From assembly GCF_009834535.1 (NCBI RefSeq), contig NC_045707.1:51338001-51402000 (forward strand): a stretch of DNA of 64,000 nt. Reading direction: 5' to 3'. The position numbers and the translations under genes were made by a program. The notes beneath the pieces are model-generated. The model was not told the DNA's origin. It did not search any database and saw nothing but the letters and a program-made list of their open reading frames with translations. The first letter of the stretch is position 1. The number at the start of each line of letters is the position of its first letter. This DNA is from Camelus ferus (Eukaryota). Of this stretch, positions 36,191 through 50,939 are shown piece after piece.

Positions 36191-39039
36191 ATTTATAGTT
36201 TTCTAGTAATCCACCATCATAGTCTAAGATCTGTAACTCTTCTGCACAGCTGAAATCAGAGAACTGAATAGTGATGTAACAGGAGACACCATACCTTCAT
36301 CTCACAAGTCTTTGTTGTGGCTCTAAGCTCTTGTTTCTCAAGGAATGTGATAATGTACCTTACTGACTTTTTAACAGGAAGAATTCCTGAAGGACTGAAG
36401 TGGAATTTTGGTCCTTCAGGGATCAAATCATTTTGAGCCAGGATCCAGTAATACCATACATTTCTTCCTCCAGTGTATAGTCCTTCCTATTATGTAGCTG
36501 CAGGTTTCTTTGGAGAAAACTAGAACAATGTTTTACAGTATATAATTTTCTTGGGAGATCCTACCTTCTTCTCACTGCAGAGACTCTTGAGTTTGTAAAC
36601 TAGAGCAGGTCTTGGAATTGAGAGGTCATGACTCTATTGTTGTGACACATCAGGTCACTATTCTGAATGAAACCAATATAAGAGAAAAAATCATGACGTT
36701 TTGGACATAGGCTGCATCTTGTAACATTGTTTACATCCCAAGATCCAGACTGTCTGTACAATTTTTGGTTAAGTGAGCCAATAAATTACTTTTACTTTTT
36801 ATGCCCACTTTAATTTAGGTTGCTTTTTCTTGCATCTGAAAGAATCATTATACAGGCCTCAAACTGAAATTCACAAGTGCAGCTATTCCAAATGGCATGT
36901 GTTGATTTGCACTTGAGTTGTTTCTCACATGGACAATTAAATAGTTCATTCCTCCAGAATGTATAGCAGTTGGAATTTATGTGCTCATGATGGTTAAAGT
37001 TCTTCCAAGCAACACTGTGCAGATTATTTGTATATAAGAAAAATGTTAGGGGAATTTGACTCCTTTTCCCTCAAACCTTTCCTCTCTTACCACCCCTTTA
37101 TGCCAAGAAAGCTCAGTTTAGTGATACAGCTGAAATCTTTATTGACTATTTCACCAAAAATATGTTAGTGGTGGGCATTTTAGTTGAAGAATAGCTACAA
37201 TGGTGTTGAAGGGGAGGAGTGTTTCATCAGTTAGATTCTCAGTAAGGCAGAAATCACTTTTTTTTTTTTAAATCAATTTGCTTTGTTTACAAAAAGAGTA
37301 AACTTCTAAGAAGTATCCATAAAGACAATTAAACTAATTTTCTCCTTCCATGTGACTTCCATGCTATCTGGGAAATCTTTAAAAATGGTTCCACAAAAAG
37401 GCCTTCTTTGTACAGCTGTAATAGGAAAGAATTGATAGAATCTGATAATTTCCTTTTGTCCATAGCTCCTTATATGACCTTGTAAAGGAGTAAATATGTT
37501 GGAATAACAAGCCTGGATAAAATAAATAACCTGAGTATTTTGTTTGAGAAACGTTTCATACATAGTTGAAACATAATCTCACAGAATCTTTTGTTATGGT
37601 CAAATTCTTCTATGAACAGTAATTCTGTTCAAGTATGTTATTGATAAGAGCCTGAATCATTAAAGCCCGTAACACTTCAGTTTGTATGCTCAGACACAAT
37701 TCTTAAATTGCATTTATTATCTTTATAATAATGATTTTATCCTTTTTTTTTTAATGATATTGGATACAAATGTGCTATTTGAATTTATTCTCTAAGCTAC
37801 AATATAAAATGGCTACACCATTCATTGTTTAAAGATGTGGTTTCACATTTGTATTTAAGATAATCTTTAAGAAAACTCTCATATAATTCTTTGTCATTTA
37901 CTTAAAAAAAAACTGATATTCATCCTTTAACTTTTTCACCTTAAAACAAGAGTCTTGTTCTTTGTTGAAATGCCTTTCTTCTTTGATAGAAATGTAATTT
38001 TGGTTTATCTACACTGACATTTGAATTTGTATGCATTCATTAAACATTCAGATTGTATAAATAATGCGATCTGTATTTTAACAAAGGAAGCTTTCATGGA
38101 TGAATAACTTCTTCACTTAGCATTATGACAGCTATTGAGGATTGGATATTTCTGCTTTAAAAAAATACTGCCTGAAAAAGTCTTTACCAAAGGAAAGAAT
38201 CAAATAGAATAACTTTTTTAAGAGTAGTTTTTAAATTTTTTTGATCAAGTATATAAAATATATACCACATTTTATAACTTCTCTGGGAGAGTAGGTTCAT
38301 TAGAAATATATTGTATCCTTGACCAAAGTATTGTTTTCTATAAATTTATCATATCTGCCTTCTTTACTCCTAGACCAACTTCCTTCATGTTCAGAAAAGA
38401 CCGTTGTCCTTCTATCTTCTTAGTGGCATAGACTTGAACTTTTGTTGGTACAGTAATTCATGGTGCAGTTCTCCTGACCTTTCCTTTTGCAGTTCATTGT
38501 TCAACATGCTTAATCTACTTGTTTTCTTGACTGGTGACCATTTCTCCCTGGACCTGGGCATGTTGTGCAAAAACCTTTATTTATTTGTCACATTAGAGCA
38601 CAAATGCACTATTTGAACCACTTCAACACATGAGAGAATACGTACGAGAGTACCTGTTAGATTAGACTGTTTTATTGTTCGTGAAAGTCTAAAATCTAGC
38701 ATAATACCTGTCACGTAGTAGGCACACGATAAATACTTGCAAATTGAATGAGAATAATGCTCTTTGTGTATAAAAAGAGAAAAATCAGGAGAAGCAACCA
38801 TAGGTTGTGTAGCAGCACTACATATAGAAAAGAATATGAGAGAAAAGAGAAGTTAAAGAGGGAAATAAGAATAGGACCATAGAAAACAGCAAGGCGGATC
38901 CTACTACATGCTTAGACAAAAAAGTCAAGAATTAGCAAGAAAAGGTACAGCAATTAAGAGAAGATTTATTGAATAGCTAGGATGTGCTGGACATTTTGAA
39001 AATTCATGAATAGATGAATATTTTGAAAATACTGCATTC

Positions 39040-39650
39040 CTCATTAATTTAACATGTATTTATTACATACTAACTGTATATGCCAGACACTGCTTTGGGT
39101 CCTTGAGATCCATTACTAAACAAAAAAAAAAAAAAAAAAAAAAGAGAAAGACTACTATCCTCATATAGCTCCAATTTAGCACATATTTTGATTATATATA
39201 ATAATCGTAATAAATAAATTACATACTGCCAGAAAAGTGAAAAGTACTGTGGGGAAAAATAAAATTGTAGAACAGGATAAAGGGGACTAAGTGTATTGAC
39301 AGTGTGACCTGGAAGGCATCACTGACAAGGTGAGGCCTGAAGAAAGAGGGATGGGCTGAGACTTAATTAAGTGTATGTTTGGAGGAAGATCAGTCTGTGT
39401 AGTGGAAATAGTCAAAGCAAAGATCCTTAAAAAGGAGCTTTCCTGAGGCTTGTGAGTCACAGCAAGAAAACCATGAAAGCTGGAGCAGAGAGGGCAAGGA
39501 GAAAAGCAGCAAGAGATTAGTTCAGATTCGATGGTGAGATTCAAGGAGTAGAGAACAAATCATGAACATTGTAAGATATTTGGCTTCCACTCTGAGAATG
39601 GAAAGCCAATGGTTAGAGGAGGAGTTTGTCTGTCATTTGTTTAAAAGAAA
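39040..39650 (-). mobile_element. L2 LINE fragment
   Basis: TATGCCAGACACTGCTTTGGG, GGAAGGCATCACTGACAAGGTGA, GTAAGATATTTGGCTTCCACTCTGAG. Confidence 0.7.
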
Positions 39651-39689
39651 TTATCTTATGCAGTCCTTACAAAATCCCTATAAAGCAAT

Positions 39690-40260
39690 GTTTCAGTCTG
39701 AGTTACTTTAGACGTAAGAAAACCAACTGAAATTGGATTTCACAATAAGGGTTTGTTTTTCTCCTGGAACAGGGGGACTAGAGGCAGGTGGTTCCCAGGC
39801 TGGTTTAGTGAATTAATGATGCTTAGTTCTGTGAGCATCAATGTGTACTTGTTAATCTCCTGGTCTTCACATCATACATGGTGGTAAGGTGGTTGCCGTA
39901 ACTCCAAGAATCACGTCTCACACAACTGTCCACAGAGGCAGGAAGAAAGAAAAGCTTCTCACTCTTGACTTTGCTCTCCCTCTCACTCTCTCACTCTCCT
40001 CTGTCTTTATCAGGGAGTGAAATCTTTTCCAGAAATCTCCAACATCTGTTCCATGAGATTCCTTTGAACAAAATTGGGTCATATCACATCTCACATGGTA
40101 AACCAATTACTAACTGGTGGCTGGGAGTAGGATTTCATTAATCCAAAGATGCCATCTGGGATAGGACACCGCCACTTGATATCTGAATAAAATTTGAATT
40201 ATGTTAATCAAGAATAAGTAGAAATGGCTGATGAGTAGGTGAGTGATAGTGTCTTTCAGA
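39690..40260 (-). mobile_element. Old MaLR LTR (MLT1K/L-like)
   Basis: AAATCTTTTCCAGAAATCTCC, AATTGGGTCATAT, AAATGGCTGATGAGTAGG. Confidence 0.55.
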
Positions 40261-40974
40261 AGCAGTATATTTTATTATCTGCATTAATAGATGAATAGAG
40301 GCTTAGAATCTTTGTAACTCTCCTAACATAATACAGCTAGAAAGGGCAGAGAAAGATTGAATCCCAAGGTCTATCTGGCTACAAAATCGTGCTTCTTTTT
40401 TGTTAAGCCAGACTGGCTCCTCCATGACTATGCCACATTGCTTTGGGGATTATTGTAGGAACACCTGTGTCCAGGTGGGAAATGCTACTAACTTAAAACT
40501 GTTACATGAAAGGTTTAATACTTACTGACAAGACAAGCATATCTTCGCTTTTTAAACAGAGTTCATGTATAAAGCCAAATACTGGCTAGATATTTGTGGG
40601 TAAGAAGAATCTTTCACAGCAGTCTAGTTGCAAACCACAGAACTCACTTTAGCTAGTTTAATCAGAAATAGAATTTAATAAAAAAGAATACTAGATTGCA
40701 GAATCCACGGAGGCTGCACAATCAGAAACATTACTGAGGTCATTCCTGTAGGCTGCTGGCAAGCATAATCTCTTTGCTCCTGAGTCCAAGAAATAGAATG
40801 ATCTCTAAACATCTCCACAAAGACATCTACCACTGCTCACTTTGGAATCTCTCACTGGACATGGCTTTCTGAACTTTGTTTTGTCTATTTACATCCTCCT
40901 AAAGGTGTGTCTTGTTTGCAGAGACATGCCTATGTCCTATGAGCTAAGGAAGCTGGGAAGCAGAATTTTCTGGA

Positions 40975-41577
40975 AGAAATTGTGAAGTATTGATGTTATT
41001 TCTTCCTTTACTGTTTGGTAGGATTCATCAGTGAAACCATCTGGGCTGCATGGTTACTTTTTTTTTGAAGTTTTAAAAACACTAACTCAATTTCTTTAAT
41101 AGGTATAAGCCTATTCAGATGACTTATTCCACCTTATAGTTTGTATTTTTCAAGGAACTGGTCCATTTCATCTAAGCTACTGAACATTTTGATATAGAGT
41201 TGTTTTTAACTTTCCTTTACTATTATCCTTTTAATGTTTATGTAATTAGTAGTGATGACACCTATTTTGTTTCTAATATCGGTAATTTGCATCTTCTTTC
41301 TTTTTTTTTTTCAAGAAAAAAAGATGTTTATCAGATTTGTTGATTTTTTTCAAAGAACCAACTTTTGATATTACGTTTTTTGTTTTAATTATACTTTTGT
41401 CTTCAGTTTTATTCATTTCTCCCCCAAAATTATCATTTATTTTCTTCTACTTACTTTAGGCTTAAATAGCTCTCCTTTCTCTGGTCTCCTTCAGTAGAAG
41501 CTAAGCTTATTATTGATTTTAGCTCTTTGTTCTTTTCTAAAATATGCATTTAATGCTAGAAATTCCTCTCTATGCAC
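40975..41577 (-). mobile_element. Old L1 ORF2 fragment
   Basis: Homologous to about 35310-35860; reverse complement encodes decayed AVLRGKFIAL and PDGF motifs. Confidence 0.8.
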
Positions 41578-41584
41578 TATTTTC

Positions 41585-43170
41585 ACAACATACCGATGGG
41601 ATTTTTCACAGAACTAGAACAAATAGTTTTAAAATTTTCATAGAAACACAGAATACCCCAAAAAGTCAAAGCAATCTTGAGAAAGAAGAACAGAGCTGGA
41701 GGAATTATGTGCCCTTGCTTCAGACTAAGCTATACTACTAAGCTGCAGTAATCAAAACAGCATAGTACCGGCACAAAAACAGACACAAAGATCAATGAAA
41801 CAGAATAGAGAGCCCAGAAATAAACCCACACACTACAGTCAATTAATCTGTGACAAAGGTGAGAATAAACAAGAAAGAAGACAGTCTCTTTAATAAGCAG
41901 TGCTGGGAAAACTGGGTAGCTACATGTGAAAGAATGAAATTAGGACATTCTTTAACACCATATACAAAAATAAACTCAAAATTGATTAAAGGCCTAAATG
42001 TAAGAGCAGATACTATAAAACTCCTAGAGGAAAACATAGACATAACACCCTTTGACAAAAATTGCAGCAATATTTTTTTGGATGAGTCTCCTAAAGCAAA
42101 GGAAATAAAAGAAAAAATAAACAAACAGGACCTAGTTAAACTTAAAAGCTTTTGCACAGCATTGCATTGACAAAACGGAAAGACAACCTGCTGAATAGGA
42201 GAAGATATTTGCAAATGAAATGACCAATAAGGGGTTAATAACAAACATGTATAAAAAGCTCATACAACTCAACATCAAACAAACAAATAATCTGATTATA
42301 AAATGGACAGAAGAACTGAATAGACATTTTTCCAAAGAGGAAATACAGATAGACAAATGGCACATGAAAAGATGCTCAACATCATTAATCATCAGGGAAA
42401 TGGCAAATCAAAACCACAGTGAGGTATCAGCTACACCTGTCAGAATGGCTATCATCAAAAAGAACACAAATAACAAATGTTGTTGAGGATATGGGGAAAA
42501 CTCATGTCGTACACTGTTGATGGAAATGTAAATTCATGCAGCCACTGTTGAAAACAGTATGGAAATTTCTCAAAAAGTTGAAAACAGGACTACCATATGA
42601 CCTAGCAGTTCCACTCTGATATATAGCCAACAAAACAAAACAAAACACACTAATTCAAAGAAACACAGGCACCCCAATGTTCATAGCAGCATTGTTTACA
42701 ATTACCAAGGTGTGGAAGCAACCTAAGTGTCCATCAACAGATGAATGGATAAAGAAGATGTGGTATACACACACACACACACACACACACAATGGAATAC
42801 TGCTCAGCCATAAAAAAGAAAGAAACTTTGCCATTTGCAACAACACAGGTGGACTTGGAGGGCATAATGCTAGGTGAAATAAGTCAGATAGAGAAGACAA
42901 ATACTGTATGATATCACTTGTATGTGGAATTTAAAAAAAAATTAACAAACTAATGAATAAAACAAAAAAGAAGCAGACTCACAGATATAGAAAACAAACT
43001 AGTAGTTACCAGTGGGAAGGGGCAATATAAGGGTAGAGAAAAAAAGGTTATTACGGGATTATATGAAATCATGTGTGGGAAACTTAAACATTGTAAAGTA
43101 CTTATAGAATTTAAAGAATCCTTTATTCGATTAAAAATATTTTAAAAAATTAAAAGAAAATCAAGAAAGT
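41585..43170 (+). mobile_element. Younger 5'-truncated L1 (ORF2 C-terminus, 3' UTR, A-rich tail) with internal (CA)n
   Basis: ORF-track peptides [65 protein letters not shown]. Confidence 0.93.
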
Positions 43171-43419
43171 AAACTACAAATTTCCTGGTTTGTATTTTGT
43201 TTCATTTTGCTTTGTTTTTTTTCTCCTCACGTCCACACTGCTCAATATGTAATGAATAAGGTCACTTTGTGGTGAGTTCTCATCTCACTGTTCTAAAATA
43301 ATGGAATAAAAGGAGAATATTAAGTGTAAAAAATGAGGAAACTCTCTCTATATATAGTTTATATAGTTTTACACAAAACTACTCACTATATTGGTGTGCT
43401 CTTTGTGTGATGGTAAGAT

Positions 43420-44045
43420 ATGGAGGAAAAGAAGCAATCTCTAGTTTTACAGCTCAGTCTCATGCTTTTAGTTGTCCCATGTCCCCAGACTGGGACTTTC
43501 ACAAGTGCTTTTTAATTTTTTTTCCCTATTAAAGTATGTGACTAGAGTAGGAAAAATGCCCTTCCCTGAGCCATGAAGAGTCTGGTAATATCTTTTCCCT
43601 GGATTGTAGGTCTTTGTTACGTAGAAAACTCTGGGCATATTTCACAAAGGTCTAGAATGGGATCTTACTTAGATCTTCAATTGAGAAGTGGCCTTTGGAA
43701 GTAAATTCGACGAAGGTGAGACCTCCCCTAAGTCTAGTCTCCAGAACATTTTCGTGGTCGTTCTGGTCTATGTTCAGTTTCTAGCAATTCATTAAAATTA
43801 CCATAAGGTTTTCCTACCAGTTTTGGCTCCAGTGGCTTCTCTTCCAGGTTAACTGATCTTGGCTGTGTCTCAACAATTTTGCCCGTATCTCCAGATTTTG
43901 ATGTGATGGTTTACCGCATAGCATATATTCTCTAGTAGTCTAAAAATGGTCATTGATTTTTAGTTTGTTCAGCTTTTTCTCATTGTAAGGGATGAAGTAG
44001 AGGCTTCTGAACTCTTTACAAATTAGAGTTGAAACCAGAATCTGA
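43420..44045 (-). mobile_element. Probable old L1 5' region fragment (L1MD-like)
   Basis: TTTAGTTTGTTCAGCTTTTTCTCATTG...CTCTTTACA...GAAACCAGAA resembles reverse-complement L1M 5' ends. Confidence 0.5.
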
Positions 44046-46290
44046 GAATCTGAATGTTGACTTTTGCCTTAGGGAACCATGACTAATAACTTTGTAAATT
44101 CCAATGTTATAAGAATATAAAAATACAGGAAATTATAGGATAAATGAACCTAGGATGAGTATTCAAAACATGAAAACATGTAGAGTTACCACAGGTATCA
44201 CAAATGTTTATTAGATCACACAATCAGCAAAAAAAAAAAAAAGAAAAGAAAAAGAAAAAGAAAAAGAAAAGAGAATCAGAAATTGTCTACATTTTTAATA
44301 ACATTCAGTTTAGCTGGTTTCTCAGAGGTGTTGGCTGCCTACTGGGATCAGAATATTTAAAGTCTGCTGGCTAATTTCTCTAGATGGTATTTGAAAGGGT
44401 AAAGATGATTATTTCCACAGTGACTTTTTCCCCCTAAACTTCCAGTGCGGACCAGATGCCTACTGCCCTATTCCTTTGATTGACATACTCTTTTGTTAGT
44501 TAAATTAAGATAGATTGATGACAGACAAATGCTGGGAGTTGTTTTTATGAAGAGAACATTTCCTTGTCTTGGATCTGATTTATTATGTGAGCTATTATTT
44601 TTTTAACAGTAAGTATGCAATCTTCTTACTTTATTTGCCTGTATTCAATATATATGTTATCTTATCCTAAATACTGAAAATAGATGAATTTCCCAGATGA
44701 GAATATATTTTTATCCTACTCCACATGCCATTTTTTGAATTGGGCCACCAATTTTTAGAATCCTTCTGGGAGAATAGAAGTGCTCAAATTGTCAAATCGG
44801 TCTAATATTTGATTGGTAAAATATTCTGATTCTCTTGATTTAATGAGGTTTGAAGGTTCTTTCAAATTCCATTTATTTATGCTCTTTTTGCTGCCTCATT
44901 ATATGGGTGAATGTGACCTGGGGGTGGACAGTAAGTACTTGTTGACTGACTGAAGCACAAATGTTAGTTGCCACGAAATAAAGTTGCCTAGTAAGAGGCA
45001 ACAGGGTCAAAGCTTTTCACCCTAAATAAAATATTTTTGACAGTTTTGCTTATATAAGAAGTTAATAATTTTAACAGGAGCTACAGTAATATTGCTGGCT
45101 CTTTTACAATATGTACAGTACTACTGAAATATGTAAATGTAAGAAGTCTATTTTAATAAGATCTTTTTAAAGGTATAAATGTGCCCTTTTGATGGGAAGA
45201 ATAAAAATAAAAGATAATTAGGTTGACTGCTATGAAAGAACTCACGTTTCTACTCTAGGCTGTAGTGTAACATTCTGCCTGAGCTACACAGCTTGATATA
45301 TCCCAGAAAATTGCAATTATAGTCCTTCTAAGTAAGGAAGTACAGAAACTAATGTCATGACCTTAAATAATAACTCTAAATCTAATAAGAGCCTATTTTG
45401 ATGTAAGAATATGATTCAGAAGATGCATTTAAGCACTTATTAAACCTAATATATGGAAAAATTTGTACTTGGAATATGTTGTTGAAGCTCTTGAAAATAG
45501 GTAGAGAACTATGACTTCTAAATCAGAATATTAACATTAGAAGATATATTAGTTTCCTGATCTTCCTGGATTCTTGCCCTACTGCAGAATCTCTGCCCAT
45601 GGGTTAAGCTTCATGGATAGATCTGAAACCAGTCAAAACTTTGGATAACCAAACATCACACCAAATTTGTGGTTAATCCTTCTCTGGCCACAACAGCTGA
45701 GTCACCTGTAACTAGGATCCAGTTGCACCTATCAGTGTTTTCTGATTAAGGACCTACCTTATACTCTGCCATCACAGTTCCATTTATATTCTCTAATTCT
45801 TCATAAGCTATGTTGCTGTCATAACACATTAAATCTGCAAATGCTTGGATTCCTGCTTAAACACTTTTGTCCCTTCTTCTGCTTGATGCTTGTGAACTTC
45901 CAGTGTCTTCTTTCATCTTTGCTTAAATAGAAAGTCTGGTTCTAGGATTCATTTTAAGTTTGGTTTCAGCATTCAGTTAGGGGTTGTAATTGAATCTGTA
46001 TCCTACAAATTTGAAGAGAGTTTCAATCATAAGGAATTATAAAGTTGCCTTTTAAAATGGAAAGTAATTTCAAGAATCTGAGGTTTGAATTTGTCTTTAG
46101 GGCGACTGTTGTGAGAAACAAAATGATACTTGCTGCAACAAAACAAAGAAAGAACACACAATATTTGTGGTTCTTTCAGTTATATAAATGAAAATTAAAT
46201 AACTTCAACTGAAACAGATGTTTGAAGCTAGAAATGTCTAATAAATTAAACTACTCTGTATGTTTAAGAGACATACTCTGTATGTTTATA

Positions 46291-46488
46291 GAGTTAGCCC
46301 TCCCTATTGGTGAGTTCCACATCCTCAGATTTAAACAACCATGGATCTTGTATGTTTATGATCTGCAGCTGATTGAATCTGTACGTTCTGGAACTCATGG
46401 AAGTGGAGGTCTGACTATTGGACTTGAGCATTTTGGTATCTCTGGCAGGTCCTTGAACCAATCCCCAGCAGATACTGAGGGATGACTG
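46291..46488. mobile_element. Tigger3/MER2-group non-autonomous DNA transposon
   Basis: Imperfect TIRs GAGTTAGCCCTCC / GAGGGATGACTG, flanked by TA on both sides. Confidence 0.82.
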
Positions 46489-47919
46489 TACAGTTTTAGT
46501 GGTCTTATCTTTAAAGTTTGTTTCTTTAAAAAACATATTTATTTTAGAAACATGGGTTTAACACGTCCTATGACTTTATTACTTATTTTTCTCTTGAGAA
46601 GATAAATTGTGTAATTTTACTACAAACATTTCTTACAGTGTTTGGGGAAACTGCAAAGATTTAAGAAAGTCTAATTTCGTCTTTCTCTTTAACTTTGAAT
46701 AAAGAGAGAAACTGAAAAGGAAGTGGACAGCACTTTGTCATTTTAACATAAACTGTACCAATTCCCTAGATTTAGACTGATTAACCAGAAATTCTTTGCT
46801 ATTAGGCTGTTAAATCCTGCATAAGTCAGTTGTCCTGAAGGAACTGTAAGGAAAGCATCCTTTTGTAGGGAGAAACCACTTTTCCCTTAAGAAAGTGGCT
46901 ATTTCTGATGTCAGTCTCCTAGAAGGGATTGTTCCCAGGACTACGTTGCAGAATTAAGGGAGGGTTAGCAGAGGAAAGAAGCTAACAGGAGGTGGTTGAA
47001 GCTACTGTTACCATTATGGGAGGTTTGTGTCCAGGAGTAGTGATAGGCTATATAAGCAGTATGATAGGAGCCAGATCAGAATAGGAGAGATTTTGAGAAT
47101 ATTTAATTATGAGGAACATTTGCTGATAGGGGTGGTAATAGTGAGTAGGCTAAAATTCTGGAAATCAAGACTGTGGTGACTGAGTCAATATAACTTGAAT
47201 ATTGAATGGAAAATATGTCATTTCTTTGGAATCACAGCAAGTGATGCCTGGAAATTTGAACTTTGAAATGGCTTTTTCTGGACTGATGACCTTGTTTTAG
47301 TCTTAGTTCCAGACTATGCCTCCATGTCAGAGGGTCTCTTAGCCTATTTATTAATGTAATTTATAGTTACTTCTAAATAATCAAATTAAGTTTAATATTT
47401 TTACTCATGCTATCAAGTGAAGTTTCAGGATTTTAAAAAATTCTAGTTACTTAGTGAACCTTAAGGACTTCTTTGCATTGCTCTTTGAATCCATTCTCAA
47501 ATTTGAGGATCATTTGTGACTTTGGTTCTGTATAAGAGTGGGCTGAAATTTTGGCCCTTTTCAGGGAAAAGCAGTTTTACTCTTTTGATTGCCCATGTTA
47601 CTTTTTGTACTTTTTTTTAACTCATTTTTTATGAGGGTCCATTTTATTTTTGTGTATATCCTATGTGTCCTATGGTACTGTTCTCAAGAGCAAGATCTAT
47701 AATTTCATTTGTTTACTTACTGAGCAAATATCTGCTATATTCTTATTGTCCTTCCCCTAGCACTTAACACAATACAGAATACACATACAGTAGGTGCTCA
47801 ATAAATGTTGGCAAAAAGCTAGGAAAAGAGAATGTTTTTATTTTCAGCCTCCTTGGAATAGCATCCTTTAAGATGTCTTTATGGTCAGAATGGAAAACTG
47901 ACACATTGAGTGTCTCTTT

Positions 47920-47934
47920 ATGTGTATGTATGTG

Positions 47935-47975
<41 letters not shown>
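47920..47975. repeat. (TG)n microsatellite
   Basis: Directly visible. Confidence 0.95.
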
Positions 47976-48004
47976 CTATTTTCCCTAATTAAAACCCAAC
48001 ACAT

Positions 48005-48718
48005 TGCAATCCTATGGAAAATAGTATGAAGGTTCCTCAAAAAATTAAAAATAGAGCTAACATATGACCAAGAAACTCTACTTCTGAGTATTTATCCAAA
48101 GAAACAAAAACAATAATTTGAAAAGATACATACACCGCAATGTTCATTTCAGCATTTTAGCATCTTAAACATGGAAGCAACGTAAGTATCCACCAATACA
48201 TGAGTGGATAAAGAAGAATAGATATATATATATATAATGAAATATTACTCAACCATGAAAAAGGATGAAATCTTGCCATTTGCAACAATGTGGATAGACC
48301 CAGTGGATATTAATGCTAAGTGAAGTAAGTCAGGCAGAGAAAGACAAATACTATATGATTTCACTTATATGTGGAATCTGAAAAACAAAACAAGTGAAAA
48401 AACATAACAAAACAGAAGCAGATTCATAGGTACTGATAATAATCTGGTAGTGCTAGAGGGAAAGGCAGTGGGGGATAAGTGATTAAGGTAAAGGGAGGTT
48501 AAGAGATACAGACTTCGGTTATAAAATTAATTTCACTAGGATGTAATGTACAGCATAGGGAATATAGTCAATAATATTTTAATAGCTTTGTATGGTGAAA
48601 GGTGGTAACTCAATTTATAGTGATCATTTCACAATGTATAAAAATATTGATTCACTATGTGATACACCTGAAATGAATATAATTGTGGAAGTCAGTTATA
48701 CTTTAATAAAGGAAAAAA
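48005..48718 (+). mobile_element. L1MA-type 3' end (ORF2 tail and 3' UTR)
   Basis: ATGGAAAATAGTATGAAGGTTCCTCAAAAAATTAAAAATAGAGCTA...GTACAGCATAGGGAATATAGTCAATAATAT...AATAAAGGAAAAAA; possible TSD AACACAT. Confidence 0.88.
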
Positions 48719-50431
48719 CACATCTTGAAAATATCATTTAGATATATATCTTGTGTCTAAATAAATGATGAGAAATTTGTTAATATGGGATAAAACTCAA
48801 CTGAAGTACAGAGAGCTAGTCTACTAATTAATAATTATGAGACAGAAGTAAAATATGTTTGTTTATTCCTTTCAAAGAAATCCTAAAGTGTCATGACAAA
48901 AATTGCTGGTAATGCTTAGGAATATTAAAAAAAGAATTTAAATTCATCTAACTAGCTATAATTTTAGTGGCTGGTGGCTCATCTGGATGAAGCACTAGAG
49001 TGCTTCTCAGAGCTCACAAATACACTGTTGACATCACAGGAATGTTCAGTTTCCCACAGAAGAAATGCATGTTGTCAGTGCAATTCAGTCAACTACCAAC
49101 ATTGCAAAGGAGATGGAAGAAAAGAGGAACAAAAACAGAATTTTTAAACACTGTGTAAACTTGTCACAAAGTTTGAGTTTTCCATATTTAACTGAAGTTG
49201 TCTATAGACTTTGTGCAAATTTTAATCTCTCCTGCAAAGTATAAGTCAAACAATGTATGGATTAAAATAAAAACCTTGACCAATTATATGCTTTATAATA
49301 TATGTTTTTGATTTTCTAGGTTGTGAATCCCTTGAGAATAGGGATTATTGTGTCTTTTTTTAAAATCTCTGAATTTCCAGAATTATATAATCCCTGATTA
49401 GTAAATGCTTAATACTCACTGAATAAAGTAATTAATTTGATATTTACCTGTTGATCTCTTCACTCCAAGCTTTGTTATCTATAAAACATAAAATATTTTA
49501 TTGCTTGTTGTATTTAAAACATTTCTTCTCTAGAATAAATTAAGGATAGACAATATGGAATGATTTTTAACTGAAAATTATGCCCAGGCTATGCATACTA
49601 TCATATTATGATTGTACGAGCTTTTGAACATTAGTTCTCTTTAAAACAAATACATTTGTATACCAGTTGTGACAAAGAAGAAATTTACAGGAAAAAAACT
49701 TTAATCATTGGAAGCTCCACAGTGTGGGAGAATATTGAACGATTGTTTGAAAATGCTATAAAGAATGAAAACCACCTAATATCAATGAAAGGAGTCTGCT
49801 TAAATTATTTAGATGAGATATCTATGTTAGGGACAGTTATAGTATACAGGAAAAAAATCTGCAATTGTAGAAAGCAGCAAAAATGACAAATGCTACAGGT
49901 CTTCAGCATTCTTTTGTTTTGGTTTTGGTTTTGGTTTTTAGAGCTGGTTTATCAGAACTCTACTGCAAAAGTTATGGAAACTTAAACTTAATTAGAACCT
50001 TGAAATTAAAATCAATTATTCTCCATATCTCTTACAAATATTCTGAACTCATCCTCTTCTCTCCACTGGGTTCCGCTCTGCCTGCGAGCTAAATGCAACC
50101 ATCTCAGCTTAACATATGAGGCAAAGCATGCATTCGACCCTGTGTAATTCTCCAACTGCTTTAGCCACATATACAAACAGTCAATGTTTTCTTGCTTCTG
50201 TGAACTTTCATGTATGGTGGTCTCTCTGCTTATGAATAACTTTCGCCTATGTTGGCTTATTATCAAATTCTGCTCATTCCTTAAAACTCAGCTACAGTAT
50301 CTGTCACTCCTTAGGGAAATCTTTTTTTGACTTCCTTCATCACTACTGAGTTGAATTCAGCGTTCTGCTTTGTAATCCCATCATAGGCTCTGACTACCCT
50401 TATTAATGTGTATTTATGTCATATTAGAATC

Positions 50432-50939
50432 TGTATTAGTTTTCTATTACTGCTATAACAAATTACCATAAATTTAGTGGCTTAAAACAACATGAATTTG
50501 TTCTTATAGTTCTGGAGGTCAGAAGTTTGAAATGGTCACAGTGGACTGAAATTAAGCTATTGGTGGGATGGAGTTCCTTTCTTGAGGCTCTAGGGGAGAA
50601 TCTGTTTCCTTGCTTTTTGCAGCTTCTAGGGGCTGCCCATATCATTAACTCATGGGTATCTTTCATCTCCAAAGCCAGCAATTACTGGTTAGTCTTTCTC
50701 ACATCATATCACTCTGACACTGACTTTTCTGTCTCTCTTTTACAGATACAAGGACTCTTGTGGTCATATTCAATTTACCTGGATAATCCAGGAAAATGTT
50801 CCTATTTTAGAACAAGTTCATTAACAACTTTAATTACATTTGTTATCTTAATTTCCCTTTGCAATGTAACGTAATATATTCATAAATTCTGAAGATTAGC
50901 ACTTAGACCTCTTTGGGAGGCTATTTTATGCCTACCACA
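50432..50939 (-). mobile_element. MaLR LTR (MLT1-type) inserted into an L2 remnant
   Basis: TGTATTAG...CCTACCACA ends; 5-bp TSD GAATC / GAGTC; canonical ACAAATTACCATAAATTTAGTGGCTTAAAACAACA. Confidence 0.9.

Noticed and set aside
40975..43170. Oppositely oriented adjacent L1 pieces as a single twin-primed 5'-inverted insertion
   Set aside because: The minus piece is far more decayed, maps to a non-adjacent upstream part of ORF2, and no shared TSD was seen; two independent insertions fit better
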